This document shows, in pieces, positions 30,824-39,350 of a stretch of 64,000 nt of DNA. Position 1 is the stretch's first letter. Every line of letters begins with the position of its first letter. This DNA comes from Clostridiales bacterium (GTDB lineage Bacteria; Bacillota; Clostridia; Christensenellales; Pumilibacteraceae): NCBI GenBank assembly GCA_031276725.1, contig JAISMM010000002.1, positions 1,852 through 65,851 of the forward strand, read 5' to 3'. A model generated the notes under the pieces. It did no database searches. It saw only the letters and a list, made by a program, of their open reading frames with translations, and had not been told where the DNA came from. The position numbers and the translations under genes were made by a program.

Positions 30824-30940
30824 TAGTTTTGACAAAAAATAGACCCCCTATATTACTAGGGAGTCCGCGAGCCCACTTCCGTGGGCAAACTGTCCGGCTT
30901 ACGGTCGCCCGTAAACCCGCGCGTTTAACAACGCAATTAC

Positions 30941-30969
30941 AGTGTACAACATTGTCGGCAATTTGTCAA
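30941..30969 (-). promoter_or_regulatory. Second copy of the distal promoter cassette (weaker -10)
   Basis: The minus strand reads TTGACA (30969-30964), 17 nt, then TACACT (30946-30941). Downstream lies the hairpin GCCCAC-GGAA-GTGGGC (30886-30871). Confidence 0.3.
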
Positions 30970-31025
30970 TAGTTTTTGAAAACTTTTTCAAAAAAGCCCG
31001 TCCTACCTTTCTCGGCGTGTACCCA

Positions 31026-31167
31026 AAATTCCCCTCCCCGGAGGGGAATTTTTGTTCGGCTACTTCTTAATAATCGGGCTATAAAACTCCCTCGTCGTAC
31101 CCTCTCGGCGCGTACCTTGAATTCCCCTCTATGGAGGGGTGGCGGCGAACGCCGGCGGGGTGGTTAA
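31026..31167. repeat. REP-like units (GGGGAAT family)
   Basis: Contains aattcccctccccggaggggaatt and attcccctctatggaggggtggcggcgaacgccggcggggtgg. Confidence 0.65.
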
Positions 31168-31336
31168 TTGTTTTTCGGGCGGTTCGTAGTGACGGTTGAT
31201 TGCCCGGCGACATTTTATCAATAGTTTTTTATAAAAATCGAGCCCCCTATAAATTAAACCGCCCGACGCGGTACGCGTCGTCGAGAGGCGTGTCTATACT
31301 CCGTTAAATTAAATTTGTCAAGCTTCTTTTAATATT

Positions 31337-32194
31337 TTACGGTTTTTTTTGAGTTTCCGATTCGATTAAGGCGGCGAGGCTGAACGAGGGGTCGGTTAGT
31401 TCGAGTTCGTTGGGGAGGTTACCCCAAGGGTCGGGCTTTGGGACGGGCTTGAATATTTGCGGGCGGGTCAGGTAAAGGCTTGCTATAAGATCGTAGATAT
31501 AGGCGTTGTCGGCGTGGCGGGCTTCGGCGAGGGCGCAGGCGCGGTTGACCAGCTTGCCCAGAACGGATTCGTTAAAGCGGCGGCCGGCAAGGTTGAATTC
31601 GGGGCGGCGGCACGTGTCGAGGGTCGCGACGGCGTGCGGATAGGCAAGGCACTCGTTATAGGCGGGCATATCGAGCGCTTGATTGAATTCCGCGCCCATA
31701 AAATTGGGGACGGCGTTTACCAGCCCCGCCATTATAATTAATTTGCCGCTCGCCGTGCGGACGCGGCGAACGTTATTTTGCCGGGAACCAATTTTTTTAA
31801 GCAACAGACGCGTAACGGTAAGCGGGCCGAGCGACAAAATTATTTCGCCGCCCGTAAGCGACTCCCGCCATTCGCCGAAACCGAGCGGCTTTTTTTGCGC
31901 GGCGCAATCGAGCGTTATGTCGCCCATACCGTCGCCGCCGTGAACCGCGGGCAGCGCGGCGAACTCCTGCGGAATGCTTAACGTGTGTATAACGCGGACG
32001 CCGTTCATAGGCCCGCTCTCTTTTTCGAGCGCGGCGACGAGCCTTAGGGCGTTATTAAGCGATAGCTCCTTGCCGACGTTGCCGCCCACCGCGACGATAT
32101 CTATGCCGCCGAACATTTGCCGCCGCCCTATCAAGTACGCCCCCGCCGCCGCGTCGTCGAGTCCGTAGTCCGAAAGTATGATTAGTTTTTTCAT
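31337..32194 (-). CDS. Inosine-uridine nucleoside hydrolase-like protein (atypical N-terminal Asp motif)
   Basis: 285 aa with AAGGAAA SD. The N-terminus IILSDYGLDDAAA resembles the DxDxxxDD calcium/ribose motif of the IUNH family but is one residue shorter. The family call is tentative. Confidence 0.5.
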   Translation of the reverse strand: MKKLIILSDYGLDDAAAGAYLIGRRQMFGGIDIVAVGGNVGKELSLNNALRLVAALEKESGPMNGVRVIHTLSIPQEFAALPAVHGGDGMGDITLDCAAQKKPLGFGEWRESLTGGEIILSLGPLTVTRLLLKKIGSRQNNVRRVRTASGKLIIMAGLVNAVPNFMGAEFNQALDMPAYNECLAYPHAVATLDTCRRPEFNLAGRRFNESVLGKLVNRACALAEARHADNAYIYDLIASLYLTRPQIFKPVPKPDPWGNLPNELELTDPSFSLAALIESETQKKP

Positions 32195-32206
32195 ATTGCG
32201 TTTTCC

Positions 32207-33514
32207 TTAATACAAAGTTATGGTAAACGTCGACCCGTTCCCCACCGACGATTCCGCGCCGATCTTGCCGCCCATCATTTCGACGATCGACTTCGCTATG
32301 GTAAGCCCGAGGCCGCTGCCGCCCGTTTCGCGCCCGCGCGCCCTGTCGCAACGGAAAAAGCGGTCGAACACCTTGGGCAAATCCTCCTTTGATATGCCTA
32401 TGCCCGTGTCGGTAACGCTGACGGTTACGCGCCTTTCGCCGTCGGTTATAAGATTGCAGTCGACCGATATTTCGCCGCCCTCGGGGGTGTATTTTATGGC
32501 GTTGTCGACAAGCGTCCTGACCGATTCGAGCAACAAGTTCTTATCGGTTTCGACGAGGATTTCGGGCGGGCCGGAAAAGGTCAGCTTGTGGCCGCCGCTC
32601 ATAACGCCGTAGTCCGAAACCGTTTCGCCGACAACCTCGCAGAGGTTAAAGACGGTTTTGTTCATACTCATTTTGCCGAGGCGGGCTAATAGCAGCAGCT
32701 GGTCGACGATGCGCCGCATATTGTCGGACTCGCGCCGTATCGCCTCGATCGCCTCGTTGAGAATGTCGGGCTTTTCGGCTCCCCACCGCCGCAGCAAATT
32801 CGCGTAGCCCTGTATGACCGCGATGGGCGTCTTTAACTCGTGGCTGGCGTCCGAAACGAAGTTTTGCTGGCGCGCAAACGACTCCTCGATATTGTCGAGC
32901 ATTTCGTTTATGCGGTCGGTAAGCTCCATAAGCTCGTCCTGGGTGTCGATAATTTCTAATCTTTGCGACAAGTCCTCGGTGGTTATGTCGTCGATTTTGT
33001 CGGTGATTTTGCGGATCGGGTTGAGCATAAGCGTGGAAACGACGGCGACCAACGCCGTGAACACTATGCCGAAAACGGCCGCCAAAAGCCCGGCGGTGAT
33101 TTTTAGCGCTTTAAGGTATTCGTCCGTTCTGACTCCCGGCTCCAAATGCCCCGCGACGGAGCTTATAAAAAAGACGGTGAACGCCGAAATGATGACGCCG
33201 AACACGAGCGCGTAAATAACGAGCATCTTGACCGAAATCGGAATCTTGACGCGCTTAGCAAGCCGGCTTATAAAAACCGCCGGGAGCGTTACATAGAAAA
33301 AAAGCCAAAACAAAACCGTGAGGAGCGGTTTTTTCGGTTTTGCCGCCGCCCTCCTCTTTTTTTCCGCTTCGAGTTCTTTAAGCGTTTCGTCGACGGCTTC
33401 CTTCTTAATTTCCGGTCGCGCCGATACGCTTTGCCCGCGCTCCGCCCGCTCCGCGCCGTTTTGCCCGCCTTCCGCTTGCGCCGAACCCTTTAATTTGTCG
33501 TCCGCGTCCGCCAA
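32207..33514 (-). CDS. Sensor histidine kinase (two TM helices, HAMP, HisKA, HATPase_c)
   Basis: H-box SHELKTPIAVIQGYANLL and G-boxes DTGIGI / GGSGLGLTI. The probable start is TTG, with AAGGGA 5 nt upstream, just after the response-regulator stop. Confidence 0.9.
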   Translation of the reverse strand: MADADDKLKGSAQAEGGQNGAERAERGQSVSARPEIKKEAVDETLKELEAEKKRRAAAKPKKPLLTVLFWLFFYVTLPAVFISRLAKRVKIPISVKMLVIYALVFGVIISAFTVFFISSVAGHLEPGVRTDEYLKALKITAGLLAAVFGIVFTALVAVVSTLMLNPIRKITDKIDDITTEDLSQRLEIIDTQDELMELTDRINEMLDNIEESFARQQNFVSDASHELKTPIAVIQGYANLLRRWGAEKPDILNEAIEAIRRESDNMRRIVDQLLLLARLGKMSMNKTVFNLCEVVGETVSDYGVMSGGHKLTFSGPPEILVETDKNLLLESVRTLVDNAIKYTPEGGEISVDCNLITDGERRVTVSVTDTGIGISKEDLPKVFDRFFRCDRARGRETGGSGLGLTIAKSIVEMMGGKIGAESSVGNGSTFTITLY

Positions 33515-33515
33515 A

Positions 33516-34193
33516 TTATTCCCTTATGACGTAGCCCGCGCCGCGAACCGTCTCGATTAAATCGATCTTAAACACGTTGTCTATTTTTGCCCGCAAATAC
33601 CTTATGTAAACGTCAACCGCGTTGGTGTTGCCGTAAAAATCGAAGCCCCACACGGCGTCGAGCGCCCGCTCGCGCGAAATCACTATGTTGCGGTTTTCAA
33701 GCAAAAACACCAACAGATCGAATTCCTTTTTTGTAAGGTCGATCGCTTCGCCGTCGTAGGCCGCCTTGCGCGCGTCCGTGTCGACGCTGAGCTTGCCGAG
33801 CGTGTGCGCGTTTTTTGCCCCGTCGCGCGGAATGTTCTTTTTGAGGTTGGCGCGGATTCGGGCGAGCAGCTCCTCGATCGCGAACGGCTTTGTCATATAG
33901 TCGTTCGCGCCCAAATCGAGTCCCCCGACCTTGTCCATAACCTGGTCGCGGGCGGTAAGAATGATGACGGGCGTCGCCTTAGCTTGACGCAGGCGGCGCA
34001 AGACCTCGATGCCGTTGAGCGACGGCAGCATTACGTCCAAAATAATAAGGTCGTAATTTTTATTGAGCGCCTCCTCTAACCCCTCGCGGCCGTCCGCCAC
34101 GCACTTGGTTTTGTACCCCTCGTGTTCGAGCTCCAACGACACGAACCTCGCGATCGCGCTCTCGTCCTCGACGATTAAAATTTCAGTTTCCAT
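33516..34193 (-). CDS. OmpR-family response regulator
   Basis: Receiver motifs ILIVEDE, DLIILDVMLP and KP, with a winged-helix C-terminus ending VRGAGYVI. Confidence 0.95.
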   Translation of the reverse strand: METEILIVEDESAIARFVSLELEHEGYKTKCVADGREGLEEALNKNYDLIILDVMLPSLNGIEVLRRLRQAKATPVIILTARDQVMDKVGGLDLGANDYMTKPFAIEELLARIRANLKKNIPRDGAKNAHTLGKLSVDTDARKAAYDGEAIDLTKKEFDLLVFLLENRNIVISRERALDAVWGFDFYGNTNAVDVYIRYLRAKIDNVFKIDLIETVRGAGYVIRE

Positions 34194-34244
34194 TTGCCGT
34201 TCTCCTTTTTATACAAGTTAATGCAAGCCGTTTAATGCCGGGTC

Positions 34245-34311
34245 GGTCAAAATGCCGTTCGGAGCGGTAAAGGCGGGTTCCGCATTTGCCGCTATCGCGG
34301 GATTTTTGACC
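34245..34311. repeat. Long-hairpin repeat (H family), short form
   Basis: Sequence ggtcaaaatgccgttcggagcggtaaaggcgggttccgcatttgccgctatcgcgggatttttgacc. The outer stem is GGTCAAAA/TTTTGACC. It is homologous to the arms at 42321-42443, 42981-43099 and 57212-57403. Confidence 0.6.
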
Positions 34312-34315
34312 GTCC

Positions 34316-35734
34316 CTATTTGATGTACTCGATTCGCATAGTGTTCGACGTCCCCGACTTTCCCACGGGAACGCCCGCCGTTATAATCACAAGGTCGCCC
34401 TCCTTGACGAGTCCCGTGGATTTTGCGCAGGTCATAACGTGCTCGAACAGCTCGTCGGAATTGGGCTGCATAACCGTCATAACGGGAACTACGCCCCAAT
34501 TCATCGCCAATTGGCGGTAAGCCTTTTGCGAGGTAGTCGCGCCGATAATCACGCATTCGGGCCTAAAACGCGACACCTTGCGCACGGTGAAGCCCGAGCG
34601 CGAAACGGCTATTATCGCCTTGGCGTTAAGGTCGAACGCCGCCGAAACGGTCGAATGCGAAACGGCGTCGGTTACCGTGCGTATAGTAGTTTCGAGCGTC
34701 TTAAAGCGCTTGCCGTAGCTGATTCCGCGCTCGGCCTGCTCGGCGATTTTCGCCATAGTCCTTACCGCCTCGACCGGGTACTTGCCCACCGACGTTTCGC
34801 CCGATAGCATTATGGCGGACGTGCCGTCGTATATCGCGTTGGCGACGTCCGAAATCTCGGCGCGGGTGGGGCGCGGATTCGTAATCATCGACTCCAACAT
34901 TTGCGTGGCGGTTATGACCTTTTTGCCCTGGGCGTAGCAGAGCTTAATCATATACTTCTGTATGCCGGGAAGCTCCTCGAACGGAATTTCGACGCCCATA
35001 TCGCCGCGCGCGACCATCGCCCCGTCGCACTCGTCCACGATTTTTTCGACGTTGTCGACGCCCTCGCGGTTTTCGATTTTGGCTATAAGCTGAACCGCCC
35101 CGCCGTTCTTGTGGCGGCTCAAAAGCTGCTTGACTATGCGGACGTCCTCGACGTTGCGCACAAAGCTGAGCGCAAAATAATCGACGTCGTTATCGAGTCC
35201 GAACAGAATATCGTTTTTGTCGTCCTCGGACAAGTACGGCATATCGGGCTTCGCCCCGGGTATGTTGAGACTCTTGCGGTTTTTAAGTACGCCGCCGTGC
35301 AACACTCTGCACACGACCTCCGTTGCGGTTTTTGAAACGACCTCTAATTCGATAAGTCCGTCGTCGAGCAAAATGCCGTCGCCCTCCGCGACGCACGAGG
35401 GCAAATCCTTGTACGTTACCGAAACGCGCGCGTTGTTGCCCGGAACGTCCTTCGCGCACAGCGTAAAATAGTCGCCGTCGGCAAGTAACGCCTCGCCCTT
35501 TTCAAACGTCTTTATGCGGATTTCCGGCCCCTTGGTATCGAGCAGCACCGCCACAGGAACGCCCGTTTCGTCGCTCGCCTGCCTTACAAGGTCGATACGC
35601 CGCTTATGCTCGGCGTGATCGCCGTGCGACATATTCAGCCGCGCCACGTTCATTCCGGCCTTAATAAGCTTCTTGACCGCCGCGTAGCTGTCGCACGCCG
35701 GCCCCATAGTGCATACTATTTTAGTCTTTCTCAT
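34316..35734 (-). CDS. pyk: Pyruvate kinase
   Basis: 472 aa. Contains MRKTKIVCTMGPA, NMSHGDH and MVARGDMGVEIP. Confidence 0.95.
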   Translation of the reverse strand: MRKTKIVCTMGPACDSYAAVKKLIKAGMNVARLNMSHGDHAEHKRRIDLVRQASDETGVPVAVLLDTKGPEIRIKTFEKGEALLADGDYFTLCAKDVPGNNARVSVTYKDLPSCVAEGDGILLDDGLIELEVVSKTATEVVCRVLHGGVLKNRKSLNIPGAKPDMPYLSEDDKNDILFGLDNDVDYFALSFVRNVEDVRIVKQLLSRHKNGGAVQLIAKIENREGVDNVEKIVDECDGAMVARGDMGVEIPFEELPGIQKYMIKLCYAQGKKVITATQMLESMITNPRPTRAEISDVANAIYDGTSAIMLSGETSVGKYPVEAVRTMAKIAEQAERGISYGKRFKTLETTIRTVTDAVSHSTVSAAFDLNAKAIIAVSRSGFTVRKVSRFRPECVIIGATTSQKAYRQLAMNWGVVPVMTVMQPNSDELFEHVMTCAKSTGLVKEGDLVIITAGVPVGKSGTSNTMRIEYIK

Positions 35735-35751
35735 AATAAAATATCCTTCGT

Positions 35752-36675
35752 CTACCGAATATTTTCAAGGTCGTAGGGCGTATTTTGATACACGCAATAG
35801 TTCAGCCAATTCGAGAAGAGGAGCGACTCGTGCGCGCGCCAAAGCACGGGCGGCAAAACTCCGACCTCGCCGTTGAGATAGTAATTTTTGGGCGGTTCGG
35901 TGAGGGGGTCTTTTTCGAGGTCGCGCATATATTCAAGGTGCAGAGTTTCGGCGTCGTACTCGCCGTGGCCGAACACGAACACGCGCCGCAAATCCTTGCT
36001 CGCCGCCAAATAGAGTCCCGCGTCGTCCGACACCGCCAAAACGTCCAAATCTTTCTCGGCAAAAACCTTGTCGGTATCCGCCTCGGTGTAGCGCGAATGC
36101 GGCGTCAAAAACGTGTCGTTAAAGCCGCGCACAAGGGGGTTGTTCGGCTCCAAAACCTTGTTGCGGAATATGCCGAAAATCTTTTTGTCGCGCGGCGTCT
36201 TGCCGATTCCGTAGCGGTAATAGAGCGCGGCCTGCGCCGCCCAGCAAATGTACATCGACGAGTAAACGTTGTGTTCGGCCCACGCCATAATCGAGCGCAG
36301 CTCGTCCCAATACGCCACGGACGTAAAGTCCAGCTTTTCGACGGGCGCGCCCGTTACTATAAGCCCGTCGAATTTTTGACGGCCGCCTATCACGGCGTCG
36401 GTGGGCAGGTAGAACGATTCCAAGTGGCGGTCGTTCGTGTTCTTGGGCCGATAACTGCCCGTGTGCAAAAATACCGCCTCGACCTGCAACGGCGAATTGG
36501 CTATGTGGCGCAAAAGCTGAGTTTCGGTGGCGATCTTGTTGGGCATAAGATTCAAAATCGCTATTCGCAGCGGACGAATCTCCTGCGCTAACGCGCGTTC
36601 GTCGTTGATGACGAATATGTTCTCTTTTTCTAAAAAACCAATAGCCGGCAAATTTTTTGGCACCTTAACGGGCAT
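35752..36675 (-). CDS. metA: Homoserine O-acyltransferase (MetA family)
   Basis: 307 aa. Contains MPVKVPKNLPA, ILNLMP and DGLIVTGAP, plus the active-site Cys context ICWAAQAAL. Confidence 0.93.
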   Translation of the reverse strand: MPVKVPKNLPAIGFLEKENIFVINDERALAQEIRPLRIAILNLMPNKIATETQLLRHIANSPLQVEAVFLHTGSYRPKNTNDRHLESFYLPTDAVIGGRQKFDGLIVTGAPVEKLDFTSVAYWDELRSIMAWAEHNVYSSMYICWAAQAALYYRYGIGKTPRDKKIFGIFRNKVLEPNNPLVRGFNDTFLTPHSRYTEADTDKVFAEKDLDVLAVSDDAGLYLAASKDLRRVFVFGHGEYDAETLHLEYMRDLEKDPLTEPPKNYYLNGEVGVLPPVLWRAHESLLFSNWLNYCVYQNTPYDLENIR

Positions 36676-36705
36676 CGCCTCGCGCCTCCTTATACGCTAA
36701 TATTA

Positions 36706-36735
36706 ATAATATCACCGTACCCCTCTGTTTGTCAA
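36706..36735 (-). promoter_or_regulatory. metA promoter
   Basis: The minus strand reads TTGACA (36735-36730), 18 nt, then TATTAT (36711-36706). AGGAGG lies 8 nt before the ATG. The leader is short. Confidence 0.5.
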
Positions 36736-36842
36736 GGAAATTCGCCAACCTCGTTCCCCGATCGCCTATCGCCCGCGCCGTAAACAGGCGCGGCGCTTGC
36801 GCCCGGCTTTCCCGATTCGGGTAAACTCTGATAAGCTAAAAA

Positions 36843-36862
36843 ACAAAAAGCGTCGTTTTTGT
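36843..36862. terminator. Weak AT-rich bidirectional intrinsic terminator
   Basis: Stem ACAAAAA-gcgtcg-TTTTTGT, flanked by an A-run upstream and a T-run downstream on the plus strand. On the minus strand it therefore follows gene 37193..37513 with a U-tract. Confidence 0.35.
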
Positions 36863-37000
36863 TTTTTTGGTCGATATAAAAATTCACCTCTGAGAAAAAC
36901 TCCGAATAAGCGGGGCGGATAAATACGTATACATTCGGTTTTTTTGGTAGGAAAAGTAGGGAAATCCCTACTTTCCCTACCGAATATTAGCGGCTAAAAC

Positions 37001-37132
37001 CTTAATAATTGAACCACCCCGGCAACTACGTTGCCACCCCTCCATAGAGGGGAATCCAAGAAATGCGCCGAGAACGGCGGGCAAGGAACCACCCCGGCAA
37101 CTCCGTTGCCACCCCTCTGTGGAGGGGAATTC
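37001..37132. repeat. Two tandem REP-like units (GGGGAAT family)
   Basis: Contains ccaccccggcaactacgttgccacccctccatagaggggaat and ccaccccggcaactccgttgccacccctctgtggaggggaat. Confidence 0.7.
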
Positions 37133-37192
37133 AAGAAATACGCCGAGAGCGGCGGCAAAGAACCGCCACTATCACGGGATTTTTCGCCGCCG

Positions 37193-37513
37193 TTACGAGA
37201 TTATCGACCAAATAAAGCCGAACACGGCGAGGGCTAAAATTAAGCCCATTACGACGGTGTTGACGATCGAGGCCTTGTATTCGGGCGAGCGGCGGTTGAC
37301 GCCGCTTAGAAGGACTTTTACGGAACGGAAAAGCGCGAGGAGGGTGGCGGCGATGTAAAAGCCGAGACCGACCGTAACGACGACGTCGGTCGTACAGAGC
37401 CCGACGAGCAGGACGACGCCGCCGATAAGCATAAGAATATCGCAAAGCTGCCTTATGCCGAAATCGGAAAAGTACGCGACAAAAATATTTTGCTTCTTTT
37501 TAGATCTTGCCAT
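37193..37513 (-). CDS. Small hypothetical membrane protein (3 predicted TM segments)
   Basis: 106 aa with AGGAG SD and hydrophobic segments LMLIGGVVLLVGL, VGLGFYIAATLLALF and VVMGLILALAVFGFIW. No family was recognised. Confidence 0.6.
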   Translation of the reverse strand: MARSKKKQNIFVAYFSDFGIRQLCDILMLIGGVVLLVGLCTTDVVVTVGLGFYIAATLLALFRSVKVLLSGVNRRSPEYKASIVNTVVMGLILALAVFGFIWSIIS

Positions 37514-37525
37514 TTTGAACTCCTA

Positions 37526-37828
37526 CTAAAAAATTCTTGCGAAAACGCCCCAAATATAGAACACGACCATAAGAATTATGGCGATTATCCATAAGACGAA
37601 CCAAGCCGAGCTTTTGCCGCGCACATAGTAATACGAGTAGCACATAGGCACAATTAAAGCTATCGCGATCGCGACGCTTTGAATCCAGTTTGCAATATCC
37701 TTCGCGCCTGTGACATCAATGTACTCGCCGAGCACAAGACTTATAGCAAGTCCTAATCCGGCTAACATAACCGCCACGAACGAGAAAAACGATAACCACG
37801 ACCCTCTTGTAACGACTCTTCTTGACAT
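37526..37828 (-). CDS. Small hypothetical membrane protein (3 predicted TM segments)
   Basis: 100 aa with GGGAGG SD and hydrophobic segments. No family was recognised. Confidence 0.6.
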   Translation of the reverse strand: MSRRVVTRGSWLSFFSFVAVMLAGLGLAISLVLGEYIDVTGAKDIANWIQSVAIAIALIVPMCYSYYYVRGKSSAWFVLWIIAIILMVVFYIWGVFARIF

Positions 37829-37866
37829 AAATAAAACCTCCCGATGTATAATAAATTTATTTTGGA

Positions 37867-38448
37867 CTATTTAAGATTGCGGCTGCCGGGCTTAATTAGC
37901 GGCGCGCCTGTTTTGCACACCGGGCATTCGTCCGCCCCGTAGCTTAGAACCTCGACCGACAAAAGCGCCTTGTAGGGAACGCCGAAATCGACCTTGCCCG
38001 CGCTGCGGTCTACGATAGAGGCGGCGGCGACGACGTTACAGCCGGCGTCCTTACATAGGGCGATAACCTCTTTTACCGAGCCGCCCGTGGTAACGACGTC
38101 CTCGACGACGACGACGCGGTCGCCCGGGTTCAGCCCGAAGCCCCGGCGCAGGGTCATTTTGCCGTCGACGCGTTCGGCGAAAAAGTTTTTTACGCCCAAG
38201 GCGCGGGCGACCTCGTAGCCCATTATTATGCCGCCCACGGCGGGCGAAACGACGACGTTTGCGTTAAACTCCTTTAACCCGACCGCTAGTTCCGCGCAGA
38301 GCTTTTCGCTGACGGCGGGGTCGACGAACAGCTTTGCGCACTGCATATACGTGTCGGAGTGGCGGCCGGACGTCAAAAGAAAGTGGCCCTTTAAGACGCC
38401 GCCCGTGCTTTCAAAGATTTTTAGTAACTGTTCGTTCGTTAATGCCAT
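37867..38448 (-). CDS. pyrE: Orotate phosphoribosyltransferase
   Basis: PRPP motif VVVVEDVVTTGGS, and its position at the end of the pyr operon. Confidence 0.93.
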   Translation of the reverse strand: MALTNEQLLKIFESTGGVLKGHFLLTSGRHSDTYMQCAKLFVDPAVSEKLCAELAVGLKEFNANVVVSPAVGGIIMGYEVARALGVKNFFAERVDGKMTLRRGFGLNPGDRVVVVEDVVTTGGSVKEVIALCKDAGCNVVAAASIVDRSAGKVDFGVPYKALLSVEVLSYGADECPVCKTGAPLIKPGSRNLK

Positions 38449-39350
38449 TTCAAACTTCCCGTCAATTCGCCTATACTGTCTATATTACAGCTTTTTGCGA
38501 GGTTTGTCAAGCCGTTTACAAGGTCAATTGCCGCCGACGGGCAAAAAATATTTGCGGAACCGACCTGAACGGCCGCCGCGCCCGCCACCATAAACTCGGC
38601 GGCGTCGTCGGGAGTCGAAATTCCGCCCATACCTATTATGGGTATTTTGACCGCCTTGTATGCCTCGCAGACCATTTTTAGGGCGACGGGCTTGACGGCG
38701 GGGCCGCTGAGACCGCCTATATTGTTGTGCAAAACCGGTTCGCGCTTGCGCCAATCGACCGCCATACCCGCCAGAGTGTTTATGAGCGACAGGGCGTCGG
38801 CGCCGCCGCCTTGCGCCGCGCGCGCGTTGTCGGCGATCGAGGCGACGTTCGGCGACAGCTTGACGATAAGCGGCTTTTTGCAGACCTTTTTGACGGCGCT
38901 TGTGATTTGTTCGACGGACTTTGGCAGAACGCCGAACGCCATTCCCCCGCATTTGACGTTGGGACAGCTTATGTTGAGCTCGACCATATCGACGCAAGAC
39001 AGGGCGCTTACGCGGCTTGTAAGCTCGACGTACTCCCGCTCGGTACCGCCCGCCACGTTGACTATGACGACGGTATCTAACTTGTCGAGGAACGGAACGT
39101 CGTCGCTTAAAAAGCCGTCGAAGCCGGGATTTTGCAGGCCCACGGAATTTAGCAGTCCCGAGGCGGTTTCGGCTATGCGCGGCGGCGGATTGCCCTCGCG
39201 CTTACGGAGCGTAAGACCCTTTGTGCATATGCCCCCGAGCGCGTTAACGTCGTAAAATTCGCCGTACTCCCTGCCGAAGCCGAAAGTGCCGCTGGCGGCT
39301 ATAACGGGGTTTTTGAATTCTACGCCCGCGATTTTGACCTTCATATTCAT
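38439..39350 (-). CDS. pyrD: Dihydroorotate dehydrogenase B, catalytic subunit
   Basis: Contains MNMKVKIAGVEFKNPVIAASGTFGFG and NISCPN. The start is set at the ATG overlapping the pyrK stop (ATGA). The track ORF's Arg-rich N-terminal extension runs out of frame over pyrK. Confidence 0.93.
   Translation of the reverse strand: MNMKVKIAGVEFKNPVIAASGTFGFGREYGEFYDVNALGGICTKGLTLRKREGNPPPRIAETASGLLNSVGLQNPGFDGFLSDDVPFLDKLDTVVIVNVAGGTEREYVELTSRVSALSCVDMVELNISCPNVKCGGMAFGVLPKSVEQITSAVKKVCKKPLIVKLSPNVASIADNARAAQGGGADALSLINTLAGMAVDWRKREPVLHNNIGGLSGPAVKPVALKMVCEAYKAVKIPIIGMGGISTPDDAAEFMVAGAAAVQVGSANIFCPSAAIDLVNGLTNLAKSCNIDSIGELTGSLKWH

Noticed and set aside
30829-30856. Plus-strand promoter-like TTGACA ... 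TATATT/TATTAC inside the rpoB upstream repeat module, possibly driving a small RNA
   Set aside because: The spacer is 14 nt for TATATT, and the 16-nt alternative lacks the conserved final T. The hairpin loops downstream are GNRA only on the opposite strand. I keep this as a low-probability alternative under the rpoB upstream finding.
30976-31167. Small ORFs across repeat clusters that encode recurring peptides such as SPLWRGGGECRRGG, PPRRGIF and PLHRGE. Other examples are 9577-9849, 14843-15118, 19054-19602, 22045-22287, 37031-37237 and 42452-42634.
   Set aside because: The recurrence is a by-product of translating REP units. There are no SD sequences, the frames and orientations are inconsistent between copies, and stops interrupt most copies.
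36740-36840. Possible SAM (S-box) riboswitch or T-box leader upstream of metA, suggested by CTTATCAGAG on the minus strand and GGGGTACGGTG
   Set aside because: The remaining conserved S-box core (GGnGGAGGGA, GCAACC, a closing AGATAAG) and the T-box features (GGGTGGTACCGCG, specifier stem) are absent. A good promoter (36706-36735) lies downstream of these sequences, which leaves only a short leader.
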